Shown here: one piece after another, positions 62,194 to 64,000 of the stretch
Layout of the letters: each line of letters begins with the position of its first letter
Position numbering within the stretch: the first letter of the stretch is position 1
Source of the DNA: Isurus oxyrinchus
Lineage: Eukaryota
DNA length: 64,000 bases
Reading direction: 5' to 3'
NCBI GenBank assembly: GCA_026770705.1
Contig: JANJGN010000052.1
Span: forward strand, 1,240,001 to 1,304,000
Position numbers and translations under genes: made by a program
The notes under the pieces: model-generated
Told to the model about the DNA's origin: nothing
Database searches by the model: none
What the model saw: the letters and a program-made list of their open reading frames with translations, nothing else

Positions 62194-62290
62194 TTTCTCA
62201 CACAGATGAAGATGAAGATTCCAGCCAGGAAAACACTCAACATGATCCCAGCCGTGAACAATCCTACTGTCCATTTACTGGAGTCTCTAC
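62194..62290 (-). CDS. Siglec gene C transmembrane exon (neutral)
   Basis: ttttacag|GT AGA...AGA AA|gtaagt: GRDSSKWTVGLFTAGIMLSVFLAGIFIFICVRK, phase 1/2. Confidence 0.88.
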
Positions 62291-62814
62291 CTGTAAAAAC
62301 AGCCATTAATTACTGCACTACAGTTTTACAATGATGCTCCGATGTATCTCGAGAAGCGATACACTCACTCAGTGTTTAAATACTCATTCTCGGGCACGCT
62401 GACATTTATTGTCCATCCCTAGTTTCCCCTTGAGAAGGTGGTGGGGGGTCTTCCTCCTGAACCACTGGTTTGTCCCAAACTGGGAGACCAGTTCAGAGGG
62501 CAGGTAAGAGTTAACCATGTTGGTGTTTGAGACTGGAGTCACATATACACCCAGACCAGTTAAAATGGACAGGTTTCGCTCCCTTAAGATCATTAGTGAC
62601 CCATATTATATATGTAATTTCTATATATATGTATCAACTACCCTCCCTCAAATAATCAATTATCACCTCAATTTCACTCTGTTGTTTGTGGGATCTTGCT
62701 GTGCACAAATCAGCTGTTGCATTTCCTACATGATGACAGTTAGCTCACTTTGAAACTGCTTCACTGGTTATCGAGCGTTTTGGGAATTCCTAAGTATTTT
62801 ATCAACGCAAGTCT

Positions 62815-63445
62815 TATATTTCGATTTAATCCATGTAACATTTATATATAATATTTATCAATGTGATCCCTATAGCATAAATTTATAATATTTATCAATA
62901 TAATCTATGTAACATTTATATATAATTTTTATCCATTTAATCTCTGTAATATTTATATATAATGTTTCTCGATTTAATCCATGTAACATTTATATATAAT
63001 ATTTATCAATGTAATGTATGTAACATTTATATATATTTATTCATTTAATCTGTGTAACATTTATATATAATTTTTATCAATGTAATCTATGTAACATTTA
63101 TATAAAATGTTTCTCGATGCAATCGATGTAACATTTATATATAATATTTATCAATATAATCCATGTAACATTTATATATAATTTTTATCAATGTAATCTA
63201 TGTAACATTTATATAAAATGTTTCTCGATGCAATCGATGTAACATTTATATATAATATTTATCAATATAATCCATGTAACATTTATATATAATATTTATC
63301 AATGTAATCCATGTAACATTTATATATAATTTTTATCAATGTAATCTATGTAACATTTATATATAATATTTATCGACGTAATCTATGTAATATTTATATA
63401 TAATGTTTCTCAATGTAATCTATGTAATGTTTATATATAATATTT
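62815..63445 (+). repeat. AT-rich 37-38-bp minisatellite in gene C intron
   Basis: ATGTAACATTTATATATAATATTTATCAATGTAATCT units. Confidence 0.92.
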
Positions 63446-63794
63446 AGTCGTTTGGGAGGAGAACCTGAGTATTGCTGAGAAAGGACATTTTGTCAAAGCT
63501 TTCTGTCTTGCACCCAATGAAGCAGCTTATCTGGGGGAGAGGGTTCCAGACTTCCACTCCCCTTTGTGTGAAGAAGTGCTTCCTGCCATCACCCCCTGAA
63601 CGGCCTGGCTCCAATTTGACCAAGTGTTGCCATTGTCACATGAGGTCAGGTGATTCAAAGCTTGGTCAAAGGGGTCAGTTGTAAAGAGCATCTTAGAGGA
63701 GGTAGAGAGAGAGGTGGAGAGGTTGAGGGAGGGAATTCTCGAGTTTAGGGATCAATCCAGCTGAGTGGAGATCGATCCTGAGTGAGTCTCTCAC

Positions 63795-64000
63795 CTTTGA
63801 CCCACAGATACACCTTGAACATGGCTTCCCCGTGTGGGTTTTGAACCGAGCAGGATGCAATCACTCCCCCCTCATCCTGGGGTCTCATCAGGGTGAGGGA
63901 ACCAGTCACCAGATGCCCATCTCTGACCTGCCACGACACAAAACCTCCGTGTGTTTGGTTACCACTGATGTTGGCACTGGGCAGGTGCCAGGTGAGGTTT
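63795..64000 (-). CDS. Siglec gene C membrane-proximal Ig exon (partial, runs off window)
   Basis: NLTWHLPSANISGNQTHGGFVSWQVRDGHLVTGSLTLMRPQDEGGVIASCSVQNPHGEAMFKVYLWVK G|gtgaga; resembles MAG domain 5. Confidence 0.8.

Overview
Repeat-rich vertebrate genomic DNA, most likely a cartilaginous fish (shark), judged from the CR1-clade LINEs, SINEs and the ubiquitous 30-bp CAGTGCAGCACTCCCTCAGTACTGACCCTC repeat. All genes are spliced, so the ORF track is mostly misleading. Reading splice sites and exon phases by hand shows two things. (1) A complete, intact three-exon hepcidin (HAMP-like) gene on the minus strand, whose exons 1 and 3 are missed by the ORF track: join(30384..30292, 28418..28362, 25959..25843), 88 aa, furin site RQKR, atypical 29-aa mature peptide MGRQQLCRFCCNCCNWRGPNETCGLCCRY. 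(2) This gene sits inside a birth-and-death cluster of Siglec (MAG/CD22/CD33-like) receptor genes. Gene A (+) has a V-set domain with the essential Arg, C2, a LINE-truncated C2, a neutral TM and an ITIM tail. An orphan promoter+leader copy follows. Gene B (+) has lost its V-set, has a C2 about 98% identical to A, and has an Arg-containing TM with a short Tyr-free tail (activating type). Gene D (-) has a leader and a V-set cut by a Gypsy element just before the Arg position. Gene C (-, enters from the right edge) has a MAG-D5-like Ig domain, a neutral TM and two tandemly duplicated cytoplasmic-tail modules, one with intact ITIM+ITSM and one attenuated. The rest is LINEs, solo LTRs, minisatellites, a 7.3-kb C-rich low-complexity array and three assembly gaps.
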